Below are positions 29,627-38,433 of a DNA stretch of 56,053 nucleotides, in pieces. Each line of letters opens with the position of its first letter. Position 1 is the stretch's first letter. Under the pieces are notes generated by a model. The model saw only the letters and a list, made by a program, of their open reading frames with translations. It did not search any database and was not told the origin of the DNA. The position numbers and the translations under genes were made by a program. The stretch is from the IMG/VR virus record IMGVR_UViG_3300045941_000468, positions 1 to 56,053 of that record; one strand, 5' to 3'. Origin of the DNA: a virus. Its lineage: Duplodnaviria > Caudoviricetes.

Positions 29627-32115
29627 TACGGCCAGTTCTCCTCGGTGTCGGGGTCGAAGAACGGCGGCGCACAGGATCCTCCGGCGGGCTCCGCCTCGAT
29701 CGGGAAGTCGACGGGGCAGCTGTTCGAGCTGGGTGGGATGTAGGGTGGCAGGCCCTCGACCGGCGTGCGGAAGGCGAAGAAGGCGTAGCTGATGTTGGTG
29801 GTGTTGTCGACGTTCGCAGGCCGCCCCTGCGGATCGATCATCGGAATCGCCTTCTGGCTGGGCGCCTGCTCGTCCTCGTCAACGGAGCTGTGGTACCAGC
29901 GCTCCCAGACCCCGCCGTCCTCGACGTACATGTCGGCGGGCGTCGCCGGGGTGGCCGTCCAGTCCTTGAAGTAGAGCAAGCCCGCGGCGCTCGGGTCCCA
30001 CGTCAGGTTGAACTCGTCGATGTCCCGCACGTAGAAGCGATCGGTGTACTGGCTCGGGTGCCACATGACGCCCTCCCACGACGAGGGCGGATAGGACGGG
30101 CCGAACGGCGGGCGCGTGTAGCTCGGCCCGCCCAGCGCCACGTTCTCGAACCGGAAGACGTCGCCGGTCCCCTGCTCGAACCCGATGTCGGAGTTCTCCC
30201 ACTTCACCTCGACGTAGCCGGTCGGCAGGATGTCGTGGCTGATCTCGTCCCAGTCCCCACAGCGGAAGCGGACGTGGATCTGGCCGTAGAAGTACAGCTC
30301 CTCCGACACCACCCCACTGGTGGCACCGGTGGACCGCTCGATGTTGCCGTGAAAGGTCCCGCCGACCCCGCAGTCGCCGGAGGTGTGATAGGGCGGGATG
30401 AACGCGGGGCCGTAGCCGACGAAGTGCTCAGGCGGGTAGACGATCCCGGGGTAGGGCTGGAACGCGCCGGTGACCAGCAGACCTTGGAGGTAGGTGATCC
30501 AGTCGTAGCCGACCGCGCACGACCCCCGCGCCTCCATGCCGATCCGCAGGACGTGCCCCCCAGAGGGATGGAGGAACGTCAGGAAGCCCGCCGCGTCTAT
30601 CCCGTTGGCGGCGTAGTTCCACTGATGCACCGAGAGGCCTGCAGCGCCCTTCATCCCGGGCTTGATGAACCCCAGCGCAGCGGTGTCCCCCGCGTGCAGG
30701 GTGAGCAGCCCGCCGGGATTGTCTTGCGCCGCGACCACGATCCAGTAGGTCGTCCCGGCCGCGACGTACATGCTCAGGCGCGAGTAGCCGGGACCCGTCG
30801 GCGAGCACTTGACGGAGGTCCACGGGCCGCTCGGGCAGCTGCCGGTGAACACCCCGATCGTGTTCGCGTAGGTCGTGCCGTTGGTGTCGAGATAGAGCCG
30901 GTGACTGACGCTGGGCGTGTAGGTGAACCACTGCGTGTGCTTCGGCAGGGTCCCGCCCATGCACGGGATGACGGGCGTCTCGTCATTGGGCAGCGCGGTG
31001 GTGTCGAGTCCGGAGACGGTGAACGGCAGGGAGGAGATTGGGATCGCCGTCGTACAGCCGTGTGGCGGTGCGGCCCCGGCGCTGATCGACACCGGCAGCA
31101 GCCCGCCGGGGCCGTAGCCCATGCTGGCGTCCCGCTGCACCAACAGGTAGTAGTCGGTGCCCGCGACGGGCGTGTAGGTGAGGGGGTCGGCCGCCGTGGG
31201 GTTGACCTTGCACGCCACCTGTGTCGCGGGCCGCGGGCAGCTGCCGGTCCACAACGAGACCACATTGCTGTAGGGCGCGCCGCCGGTGTGAACGCTGAGG
31301 ATCTCCCCGGCGTGGTTGGTGAGCTTCCACCACACCCCGAAGGTGTCGTCCTGCCACGGGGAGCAGCCCGCCCACATGTTGCTCGGGTACTCCATCGTCG
31401 CCGCGCGCGTGTCGGCCACCTCGGTGTGCGGGTAGCTGCTGACGACGGTCGCGCCCGCGCACTGATCGTTGGCGGGCGGCGCCTTGAACGCGAGGGTCTG
31501 GCTGAACTCGAAGAACCCGTTGAGTGTTTGATCCGTCGACCCGGCGGTCAGATCGCCGGTGTCGAAGTCCGCCCGGTACCACAGGCGCGCCTGCGTGCTG
31601 CCGCCGGGGACAGCCGTGCCGTAGACGAACCCCCACTCGATGCAGAGGCGGTCACCCTCCTGTGCAGCAACGGGCGTCAGGGTCTGGGGACTGGCAAACC
31701 GGATGGCCGCACCAAAGGTCCCCGCCGTCGGAAACTCGGTGGTGTCGACATAGGTGTCGAGCAGCACGCCGCGCACGGCACTGGTGTCGCCCACCAGCAC
31801 GTAGGCATAGACGCGCAACACGCAGTTGAACGCGGCGTTGGCCTCCCACGCCAGCAACAGCGGGTTCAGGGTGCCCGCGATCGTCTGCGCCCCGTCGAGG
31901 GCTTGCGAGATCCCCTGTGCGTGGCAGACCGCGGTCCCGGCCGAGACCGCCTGCGAGTGATTATTGAGCCCGATTGAGGAGGAGACCTTGACGGGCGCCA
32001 GCCACTGCTGCTCGGCAAACGCGGTGTGCCCCCACGCGCCACGCAGCGGGACGACGACATCCTCGAAGAGCCATTGGACGTTCTCGTCGTCGTTGTGATA
32101 GAGCTTGGTCGCCAT
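29626..32115 (-). CDS. Adhesin/receptor-binding-like virion protein B (paralogue of A)
   Basis: LDGAQTIAGT...RGVLLDT..DTTEFPT...PQTLTPV...GDRL aligns with A; two PANDQC-type repeats; C-terminal CPVDFP. Confidence 0.6.
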   Translation of the reverse strand: MATKLYHNDDENVQWLFEDVVVPLRGAWGHTAFAEQQWLAPVKVSSSIGLNNHSQAVSAGTAVCHAQGISQALDGAQTIAGTLNPLLLAWEANAAFNCVLRVYAYVLVGDTSAVRGVLLDTYVDTTEFPTAGTFGAAIRFASPQTLTPVAAQEGDRLCIEWGFVYGTAVPGGSTQARLWYRADFDTGDLTAGSTDQTLNGFFEFSQTLAFKAPPANDQCAGATVVSSYPHTEVADTRAATMEYPSNMWAGCSPWQDDTFGVWWKLTNHAGEILSVHTGGAPYSNVVSLWTGSCPRPATQVACKVNPTAADPLTYTPVAGTDYYLLVQRDASMGYGPGGLLPVSISAGAAPPHGCTTAIPISSLPFTVSGLDTTALPNDETPVIPCMGGTLPKHTQWFTYTPSVSHRLYLDTNGTTYANTIGVFTGSCPSGPWTSVKCSPTGPGYSRLSMYVAAGTTYWIVVAAQDNPGGLLTLHAGDTAALGFIKPGMKGAAGLSVHQWNYAANGIDAAGFLTFLHPSGGHVLRIGMEARGSCAVGYDWITYLQGLLVTGAFQPYPGIVYPPEHFVGYGPAFIPPYHTSGDCGVGGTFHGNIERSTGATSGVVSEELYFYGQIHVRFRCGDWDEISHDILPTGYVEVKWENSDIGFEQGTGDVFRFENVALGGPSYTRPPFGPSYPPSSWEGVMWHPSQYTDRFYVRDIDEFNLTWDPSAAGLLYFKDWTATPATPADMYVEDGGVWERWYHSSVDEDEQAPSQKAIPMIDPQGRPANVDNTTNISYAFFAFRTPVEGLPPYIPPSSNSCPVDFPIEAEPAGGSCAPPFFDPDTEENWP

Positions 32116-32151
32116 CGCCCGATCACACGCGGGGGCAGATCCGCCCGCCCC

Positions 32152-32457
32152 CTAGTACGGCACCCCGAGCACGGTGAGCGTCGACCCCGCGCCGACCGCG
32201 TAGAGATCGGCGAGCTTCACCGGGCCGGTGGTGAAGGGACCAATCGAGAGCGGCAGCGGCGCGGTAGTGGCGACGGTCACCCCCGTGGTCGTGGTGACGC
32301 CCGGCCCGCCGATCGTCGCCGCCGCGCCCGTGGCGGTGAGCAGGAGCTGGCGGAACGGGATGTTCTTCGACTCGTCGACCGCGTTGGCCGGACCACCGAA
32401 GACATCACTCAGCCGCTTGGCGGAGGCGGCGAGCGCGAGCGTGTAGGTGACGATCAT
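32152..32457 (-). CDS. Small structural protein
   Basis: Beta-rich composition, GAGG RBS, position in the head-tail block. Confidence 0.65.
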   Translation of the reverse strand: MIVTYTLALAASAKRLSDVFGGPANAVDESKNIPFRQLLLTATGAAATIGGPGVTTTTGVTVATTAPLPLSIGPFTTGPVKLADLYAVGAGSTLTVLGVPY

Positions 32458-32465
32458 GGCGGGCC

Positions 32466-32762
32466 TCAGCGCTCGTCGATCGTGCCCGGGCGGCGGTCCT
32501 GCAGCGAGGGCGGACCGGGCGGTTGATCGCTCGGCTCGAAGCGGTTCGGCAGCGACGGCAACCCGCTCACCGAGTTCTCCGTCTCCGCGCCGCTGGGGTC
32601 CGGCACCGAGGGGTTGGGCCAGAGCACCTGCCCCGCCAGGCCGTTCGGACTGTCGACGGTGATCGACGGGTCGCTGCCGCTCGACACGACGCTACTGCCC
32701 GCGAGGCCGGGATCGTCAGGCGGGCCACCCGGGTTGGGCCAGAAGGTCTTGAGATCAGACAT
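32466..32762 (-). CDS. Pro/Ser-rich hypothetical protein
   Basis: AAGGAG RBS; fills the operon gap. Confidence 0.6.
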   Translation of the reverse strand: MSDLKTFWPNPGGPPDDPGLAGSSVVSSGSDPSITVDSPNGLAGQVLWPNPSVPDPSGAETENSVSGLPSLPNRFEPSDQPPGPPSLQDRRPGTIDER

Positions 32763-32774
32763 GAGGGGTCTCCT

Positions 32775-33494
32775 TCAGTAGGTGTAGGCGGAGGCGTCGG
32801 TGGCGCGAGGGTCGCCGCCGCCGAGACAGCCGCAGTCGGCCTCCGGCCAGCTGTCCCAGAGGTCGTCGGGGTATTGCTCGTCATCGCGCAGCGAGAGCAT
32901 CTGCACGCCGTAGCCGAACTCTTTCGTTTTGCTCGCGGCGAGCGTGGCGTTGAAGTACAGGTTCGGCTTGTCGGGGGTGCCCGGCCACATGGCGGCTTGC
33001 GCGAGCGCACCGGCGACGAGGACTTCGGCCCCGTCGGCGAGTACGCCGGTGAAGACCTGGCCGTCGAGGAGGCGCGGCCCCTGCTTGTGATAGATCGCGC
33101 GCAGGGTCGCCACGCCTTTCGGATAGGCGACATAGCGCGCCTGCCCGAGGGTCGCCGGGTCGGTCGAGGGCGTGGTGGCGATGAGCGCGCCCGGGGGGCC
33201 GGTGGCGGTGAGGCCCGGGTCGAGCGTGGCGAGTTCGTCGAGCGAGTGCCAGGTGCAGATCCGCACCTGCCGCGACTCGTCGACGACCACCTTGAAGCTG
33301 GCGAAGTCGGCGGGCATGACCACGAGGCCGCTGGCGGGGACGGGGACGGTGAGGTCCCCGCGCATGAAGCCCCAGCGCCGCGCCGCGAGGAGCTGCTTCC
33401 ACGCCGCCTGCACCCACTCACGCGCGAGGAACGTCGGGGCGGACGGGCAGTAGAGCCTGACCGTCCGCCAGCAGTACCCGAAGTCTTCGGCCAC
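32775..33494 (-). CDS. Head-tail adaptor-like protein (third)
   Basis: REWVQAAWKQL..RRWGFM...MPADF...AYP pattern; GGAAGTAGG before GTG. Confidence 0.6.
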   Translation of the reverse strand: MAEDFGYCWRTVRLYCPSAPTFLAREWVQAAWKQLLAARRWGFMRGDLTVPVPASGLVVMPADFASFKVVVDESRQVRICTWHSLDELATLDPGLTATGPPGALIATTPSTDPATLGQARYVAYPKGVATLRAIYHKQGPRLLDGQVFTGVLADGAEVLVAGALAQAAMWPGTPDKPNLYFNATLAASKTKEFGYGVQMLSLRDDEQYPDDLWDSWPEADCGCLGGGDPRATDASAYTY

Positions 33495-33497
33495 GGC

Positions 33498-33821
33498 CTA
33501 CTTCCCGATCGCCTCGAAGCGACAGTAGTAGGTCGAGAGGTTCACGCCCTGCGCGACCTCGACGCCCGTGGAGGCGACGATCCACTTGACCTTGCCTCCG
33601 GCGGTCGCCGGGTCCGGGTTCCACGCCGGGTAGAGCGGCGTGGTCCCGCTGAGCGCGTTGCTGAACAGGACCAGCTCGATGCGCGACATCCCGAGGTCGC
33701 CGGGCGTGATCGGATCGCCGCCGGTGTTGTAGACGGCGGGACCGGTGTAGCCCCCGATCTTGCGGATGCGCGCGGCCGAGCTGTCGTGGAAGGCGCCGAT
33801 GGTTTTGTCGATCGTCGGCAT
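33498..33821 (-). CDS. Small head-associated structural protein
   Basis: GPAVYNTGG...EV..GVNLS...FEAIG; AGGAGG RBS. Confidence 0.65.
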   Translation of the reverse strand: MPTIDKTIGAFHDSSAARIRKIGGYTGPAVYNTGGDPITPGDLGMSRIELVLFSNALSGTTPLYPAWNPDPATAGGKVKWIVASTGVEVAQGVNLSTYYCRFEAIGK

Positions 33822-33829
33822 GGCGCCTC

Positions 33830-34399
33830 CTAGAAGTTCTCCGCAGGCACGTCGATGTCGCAGAGGATCCGGTGGTTGCCGGTGCCGCCGGTCGTGTCGG
33901 TCACCTTCGGTGCGGCGATCGTGCCGAGCGGCACCGTCGCAGGCGCGGTGCCCGCGGCGACCAGCACGGCGAGATCGGCGGCACCACCGACGAGCATGTC
34001 CGCTCCGGCGACCGCCGCGGCGACGTTGGCGTCACTGGCGCGCACCAGCCCCGGGCCCCCCACCTGGATGCAGGTGTAGTTGCCGCGGGTCGGCGCGTTG
34101 TTGACGATGCCCGCCAGCTGGTTGAGCGTGGTGCCGCCCGCGGTGGTGACGACGTAGTTGGCGCGATCGGACCAGTAGACCGGTTGCCCGACCTTGGGCG
34201 CCGCGGCGGCGGCGGGGTCCACGCGCACGAGCTGAAAGCGCTTCGTGCGGGGCGCGGTCGCGGGTGTGCCGCGGCTGACCGGATGCTGCACCGAGAAACG
34301 CGCCCCGAGCAGCCCCGGGGCGTGCAGGGTCGGCGAGTCCTCCGCGAGCGGGTTCCCCGAGGCGAGGTAGACGGCATTCTGTTCATAGACGCTGGGCAT
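33830..34399 (-). CDS. Capsid decoration/cement-like protein
   Basis: Directly after the major capsid gene; FQLVR...GNYTCIQVGG; AGAAAGGAG RBS. Confidence 0.65.
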   Translation of the reverse strand: MPSVYEQNAVYLASGNPLAEDSPTLHAPGLLGARFSVQHPVSRGTPATAPRTKRFQLVRVDPAAAAAPKVGQPVYWSDRANYVVTTAGGTTLNQLAGIVNNAPTRGNYTCIQVGGPGLVRASDANVAAAVAGADMLVGGAADLAVLVAAGTAPATVPLGTIAAPKVTDTTGGTGNHRILCDIDVPAENF

Positions 34400-34414
34400 G
34401 ACGCACTCCTTTCT

Positions 34415-34428
34415 GATGCATATGCATC
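34415..34428. promoter_or_regulatory. Perfect palindromic operator GATGCATATGCATC between the capsid and decoration genes
   Basis: Same motif as the promoter operators at 6817 and 53915. Confidence 0.8.
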
Positions 34429-34438
34429 TAGCCCAGGG

Positions 34439-35491
34439 CTAGCTGCCGATCCCGTAGATGACCCGCGACAGCCGCAGGGCCTTCACGGTGAGGTTGCCGC
34501 CGAAGAGAATCTGGCCCGCGACCTGGTTGTCCTGCCGCGCGCCCTTGAAGCCGGTGAACCCGAACGCGAACTTGCGCGACTGCGCGATGTAGAGGCGGAT
34601 GTAGGCGTCGTCGCCCTGCGGCCCGAAGTTGAGCCACCAGAACGTCTCGTTCGGGGCGTAGTAGTTGCCCAGATCCTCGTCGTTCACGCCGTCGGCGCCC
34701 GGGCAGTACTGCGACATCGTGATCGTCGCCTTGTCGAACTTCATGCCCGGCCAGTTGATCTCCGGTTGGGTCGTGTCGATGATCTGGTGCGGGAGGAAGT
34801 TCTCGGCGATGAAGCCCATGCAGCGGTTGGTCGTGATGCCGATGGTGGGCGCTTCGTTGCCGATGATGCAGCTGAAGTAGCTGTGACGCAGCACGCGGTA
34901 GGAGATCGGCTGGCCGTTCAGGTTCGCCGGGATGAGCCCGGTGGGCGCATCGAGCGCAGGCGTGACGTCGACGCGTGTCTGCCCGCCGTAGCTCGGGAAG
35001 AGCGTGCCCGTCCACGAGGCGGTGGCGGCGGAGCCGAAGGCCTCTTCCAGGCCGTTGATCTCGGCGGAGCGATCGTCGCCCACGATCGGTTGCCCGTGGT
35101 GGAACGCGGCGATTTCGAGGATGGCGGACATGGTGAGCGAGGCCTGCGCCATGTCGGTGCGGATGACGCTGAACGCCGCCCGCGGTCCGGCCATTTCGAC
35201 TTCGAGATCTTCGAGGAACTCGGTCACGCCGACCTGGTAGTAGCGCGGCCCGAACAGCAGGCCCGTGCGGGTCTGCCGCTTGAGGATGTCGAAGCTGGCG
35301 CCCTTCTTGTACGCGCCGCCCTTCATCGGCTTGTACATGAAGTTCTCTTGTATCTGCGGACCGATCCACTTCCGGTTGAAGCGCGATTTCGCCATCGCGA
35401 TGAAGGGACCGGCCTTGAAGTAGCCGTCGACCACACCCGGTTCGATTTCCTTGGTGACAGTCGTATTGACGTCGTCGAGCTGAATGGGCAC
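34439..35491 (-). CDS. Major capsid protein
   Basis: 350 aa after the scaffold; AGGAGG RBS; HK97-like pattern INGLEEAF...SYGGQTR...ILFGGNLTV. Confidence 0.85.
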   Translation of the reverse strand: MPIQLDDVNTTVTKEIEPGVVDGYFKAGPFIAMAKSRFNRKWIGPQIQENFMYKPMKGGAYKKGASFDILKRQTRTGLLFGPRYYQVGVTEFLEDLEVEMAGPRAAFSVIRTDMAQASLTMSAILEIAAFHHGQPIVGDDRSAEINGLEEAFGSAATASWTGTLFPSYGGQTRVDVTPALDAPTGLIPANLNGQPISYRVLRHSYFSCIIGNEAPTIGITTNRCMGFIAENFLPHQIIDTTQPEINWPGMKFDKATITMSQYCPGADGVNDEDLGNYYAPNETFWWLNFGPQGDDAYIRLYIAQSRKFAFGFTGFKGARQDNQVAGQILFGGNLTVKALRLSRVIYGIGS

Positions 35492-35523
35492 AGCAGCCTC
35501 CTAGAGTGAGGCGGGAGCAGTGA

Positions 35524-36348
35524 TCACATGCCGCGGGCTTGCTGCAGCCGCTCGTACTCGGCGACGGCGGTATCCAGCGTGTGCGCCTGCGACCCCTCTT
35601 TGGTCGAGAGGACATCGAGCGGGGACGACTCCTGGCGCAGCGGGAACGGATGCGAGCTGTTCGCCTTGAGGCGCTCGCCGAGCCGCTGTTCCACGAGGTC
35701 GTTGATCCGCTTGTCCTCGGCTTCCTTCGCCTTGGCCTGGATCCGCTCGCCATACCGTTCGGTGTAGGCGTCTTGGAGCGAGAAGACACGACCGGGCTGA
35801 CCCATCACCGGCTTCCCCAGCTTCGGGTTGGCGATCAGCTCGGTCATGTCGAGCGGTTCCTGAAACAGGTGCATGTGCCGGGCACCCTGCGTGGCGAGGA
35901 AGGCACTGACGGCGATGTAGTCGCGCCCCGCTTCGTTGATGCGCGCATCGGCGATGCGCGCGATCTCCTCGGCGGTGAGCTGCGCGGGCGTCTGCAGCGG
36001 TGGGGTCGGATTCGGGTTCGGGTTCGGGTTGGGATTGGGATTGGGGTTGCCGTTGCCGTTCCGTCCGCCGTTGGCCTCCAGCTCGCGTGCGCGATCGAGC
36101 GCACTCTTGTTGTCGGCGAACCAGCCGTTCAGACGCTCGTAGTACGCCGTCAACTCGCCTTCCTTTTCTCGCAAGGTATCCATCGAGCGGCTGTAGTCGC
36201 TCCGGGCCAGCGCGCCATCTCCGAGGAGCGTGACGGCCTCCTTCGCTTCTGCCGCATTGAAGATGGCCTCGGCCTGTGCGCGCTGCTCCGGGGGGAGCTT
36301 GGCGAGCACGCCAGCCATGAAGGCCTGTCCACTCTCAAATGCACCCAT
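35524..36348 (-). CDS. Scaffolding protein with an (NP)n tract
   Basis: ARSDYSRSMD coiled coil (cf. DYTRK scaffold motif); GAAGGAG RBS; NGNGNPNPNP... at about 36005-36060. Confidence 0.75.
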   Translation of the reverse strand: MGAFESGQAFMAGVLAKLPPEQRAQAEAIFNAAEAKEAVTLLGDGALARSDYSRSMDTLREKEGELTAYYERLNGWFADNKSALDRARELEANGGRNGNGNPNPNPNPNPNPNPTPPLQTPAQLTAEEIARIADARINEAGRDYIAVSAFLATQGARHMHLFQEPLDMTELIANPKLGKPVMGQPGRVFSLQDAYTERYGERIQAKAKEAEDKRINDLVEQRLGERLKANSSHPFPLRQESSPLDVLSTKEGSQAHTLDTAVAEYERLQQARGM

Positions 36349-36472
36349 CGGTCTGTCTCCTTCACGCAGGCCAGGCAAGAGCCGAGGCGGGCCTCCGCGG
36401 GCGCGGGCAAGACCGCTCTGGAACTCCTCTGCCTGTCGTGGCTGTCGTCGTCGTCGGCGAGCGGCGTTCCGC

Positions 36473-36874
36473 TTAGATCGATCCGGCTCCCGCTAGTCCG
36501 CGATCGATGCCGCCGCCCGGGAACGCCGGACCCGTGGCGGTCGGAGAGGTCGGTCCAGCGCCATCCGACATGACGTCGGCGAGGTACTGCTGGAGCATGT
36601 CCTTGATGAGCGCGAGCTGCGCGGCGCGGTTGGGCGTGACTTGGGCCCACGCGTCGAGGAGGTCGGCCATCGAGCCTGCCGACTGCGTGATCCCCGTGAG
36701 GACCTCAGGCGGCATTTGTGCGCCGGGGATCGAGCCTGGTCCGGCGATCCCGCGCATCGAGAACGGCTGCGAGGGGTCAGCGCCGCCCATCACGGTGGGC
36801 GAGGGCGGCGGCATGTCGAGCGCGGTACTGCCGGGGGTCGGGCCGGTGCCGGGGAAGAGCGGCGGCGTCGCCAT
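36473..36874 (-). CDS. Pro/Gly-rich head-region protein
   Basis: GGAGG RBS; TGATG overlap; position between portal and scaffold. Confidence 0.65.
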   Translation of the reverse strand: MATPPLFPGTGPTPGSTALDMPPPSPTVMGGADPSQPFSMRGIAGPGSIPGAQMPPEVLTGITQSAGSMADLLDAWAQVTPNRAAQLALIKDMLQQYLADVMSDGAGPTSPTATGPAFPGGGIDRGLAGAGSI

Positions 36875-37023
36875 CAGCGCGACCCTCCGAAGCTGCGGCC
36901 CTGCCGGAGCGACTTGGTGGCGGGGGTCTGCTTGCCCTTGCCGAAGGGCCGCTTGCCCTTGCCTTTCTGTTTGCTGAAGGCGGGCGGGGCGCCAGACTTG
37001 TCCTTGGGCGGGGGAAACGCCAT
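36874..37023 (-). CDS. Small Lys-rich basic protein (49 aa)
   Basis: MAFPPPKDKSG...; GAGGT RBS. Confidence 0.55.
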   Translation of the reverse strand: MAFPPPKDKSGAPPAFSKQKGKGKRPFGKGKQTPATKSLRQGRSFGGSR

Positions 37024-37025
37024 CG

Positions 37026-37193
37026 CTACCTCTTGCTCAGCGACCGGCTGGGACTGGTGCGCTTGCCGTGCCACTTCGACGAGCCCGGCTTGCCTTTGTT
37101 GATGGAGGCGTAGAACACCCGCTCGCCCTTTTCGGAACCGTACGAGTCCTTCATGGAGGAGAGGACCTTGGAGCCGGAGGGCGTGAGCGGCAC
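37026..37193 (-). CDS. Small basic phage protein (55 aa; not in ORF track)
   Basis: MPLTPSGSKVLSSMKDSYGSEKGERVFYASINKG..., a pattern I recognise from small portal-adjacent phage proteins; leaderless GTG. Confidence 0.7.
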   Translation of the reverse strand: MPLTPSGSKVLSSMKDSYGSEKGERVFYASINKGKPGSSKWHGKRTSPSRSLSKR

Positions 37194-37239
37194 GCCTGGT
37201 AGCGTCAGGGGAAAAATCAGGCTTGTCTAGATCCCCCCT
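37194..37239 (-). promoter_or_regulatory. AGGGGGATC-class promoter (copy 2), leaderless
   Basis: AGGGGGGATC-TAGACA-17-GACGCT-7 nt-GTG(37193). Confidence 0.7.
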
Positions 37240-38432
37240 CAGGACGGCCCGCGGGTGTGGGAGGCGACCGGGCGGACGGGCGGCGGGGTGGCGCCCTGCT
37301 GCTGCGCGCCGTAGGCGGCGCCGGTGATCAGGGCGGGGAGGCCGTACTTGCGGAGGATGTCGATGAGCGAGTCGTCCCAGATCACGTAGTTGCGCGTGCC
37401 GAGGGTGCGGGCGGCTTCCTGTGCTCGCTGCCACGCCAGCCCCGGCGTGGCCTCCTTCGCGATGAGTTGCCCGTTGAAGTTCAGGACCTCCCACTGCTTC
37501 GCGCTGTTGTTGAAGGTGGGCGGCTGCAGGTCGACACGCGCGCGGGAGACCTGATCGCGATAGCGCTGCCCAGGCACGCCGGAGATGCGGAACGCGTCGC
37601 TCGCTGCCGCGCGCCCGTACTGCGCCTGCGCCCGCTCATAGAGGTCCCGCCCGGGGTATCCCGGTGGCAGGCGCCCGATCACGTCCCGAACCGCCTGCTG
37701 CACGGCGGGCGATTGACTGCCGAGCGGGACGTCGTAGTCGAGCAGCTGCGAGGGATCGACACGGAGATCGACCTCATACATATGCCCCTCTGGGAACTGT
37801 ACCTCCCCCGACTTGAGCATCCGGCGAAGCAGCATCAGCTCCTGAGGCTTGTTGAGCAACATCGTCTCGGCGTTCTTCCCGTAGCTCGCCAGCGTGTTGA
37901 TCACGTTGATCCGTGGAATGTCCATGCGCCGCGCCGCCTCCGAGACGGTCACTCCCCAGCGGCGAGCCGCCTCCATCGACGACGAGGGTAGCTCGTCGGC
38001 GACCTCCATCGCCGAGCGCCCTCCGACCAGCGTGCGCGTCTGCGACAAGGCATAACTGCGAGCGACCGGCTCCGCCTCGGCGAAGTACAGACCGTGCCCG
38101 TAGCTCTGCGCGCCTTCGCCCGTACCCAGCTTCGAGAGGTCGAAGCGATCAAAGTCGTGCGGGGAGCCGTGATAGGCGCGGATGCCGGTGGCGGGCGGAG
38201 CGGGCGGCTTGCCGACGTTCGTGGTCGCCAGCATGTTCAGCTGATTGCGCGGATCCATCCCGAATCCGAGCAGCTGCCGGATCGCCTCGGTCGCCAGTGT
38301 CTTCCCCGGCTGCTCCACCTTCGTCGACCAGAAGTCGGGCGCCTGCGGTTGCGCCGACCAGTCGCGCAGGTCGCGCACCCACGTCGGCACAGTCGACGAT
38401 GCATATGGATCCTTGAGAAGTGGCCCCGGCAT
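37239..38432 (-). CDS. Protein with a polyvalent-protein ADP-ribosyltransferase-like domain
   Basis: AYHGSPHDFDRFDLSKLGTGEGAQSYGHGLYFAE...GHMYEVDL...LLDYD...GVPG.RY.D...NYVIWDD. Confidence 0.7.
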   Translation of the reverse strand: MPGPLLKDPYASSTVPTWVRDLRDWSAQPQAPDFWSTKVEQPGKTLATEAIRQLLGFGMDPRNQLNMLATTNVGKPPAPPATGIRAYHGSPHDFDRFDLSKLGTGEGAQSYGHGLYFAEAEPVARSYALSQTRTLVGGRSAMEVADELPSSSMEAARRWGVTVSEAARRMDIPRINVINTLASYGKNAETMLLNKPQELMLLRRMLKSGEVQFPEGHMYEVDLRVDPSQLLDYDVPLGSQSPAVQQAVRDVIGRLPPGYPGRDLYERAQAQYGRAAASDAFRISGVPGQRYRDQVSRARVDLQPPTFNNSAKQWEVLNFNGQLIAKEATPGLAWQRAQEAARTLGTRNYVIWDDSLIDILRKYGLPALITGAAYGAQQQGATPPPVRPVASHTRGPS

Positions 38433-38433
38433 C

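Noticed and set aside
36005-36060. 6-bp microsatellite as a contingency locus
   Set aside because: In-frame (NP)n linker with synonymous variation; length change would not shift the frame
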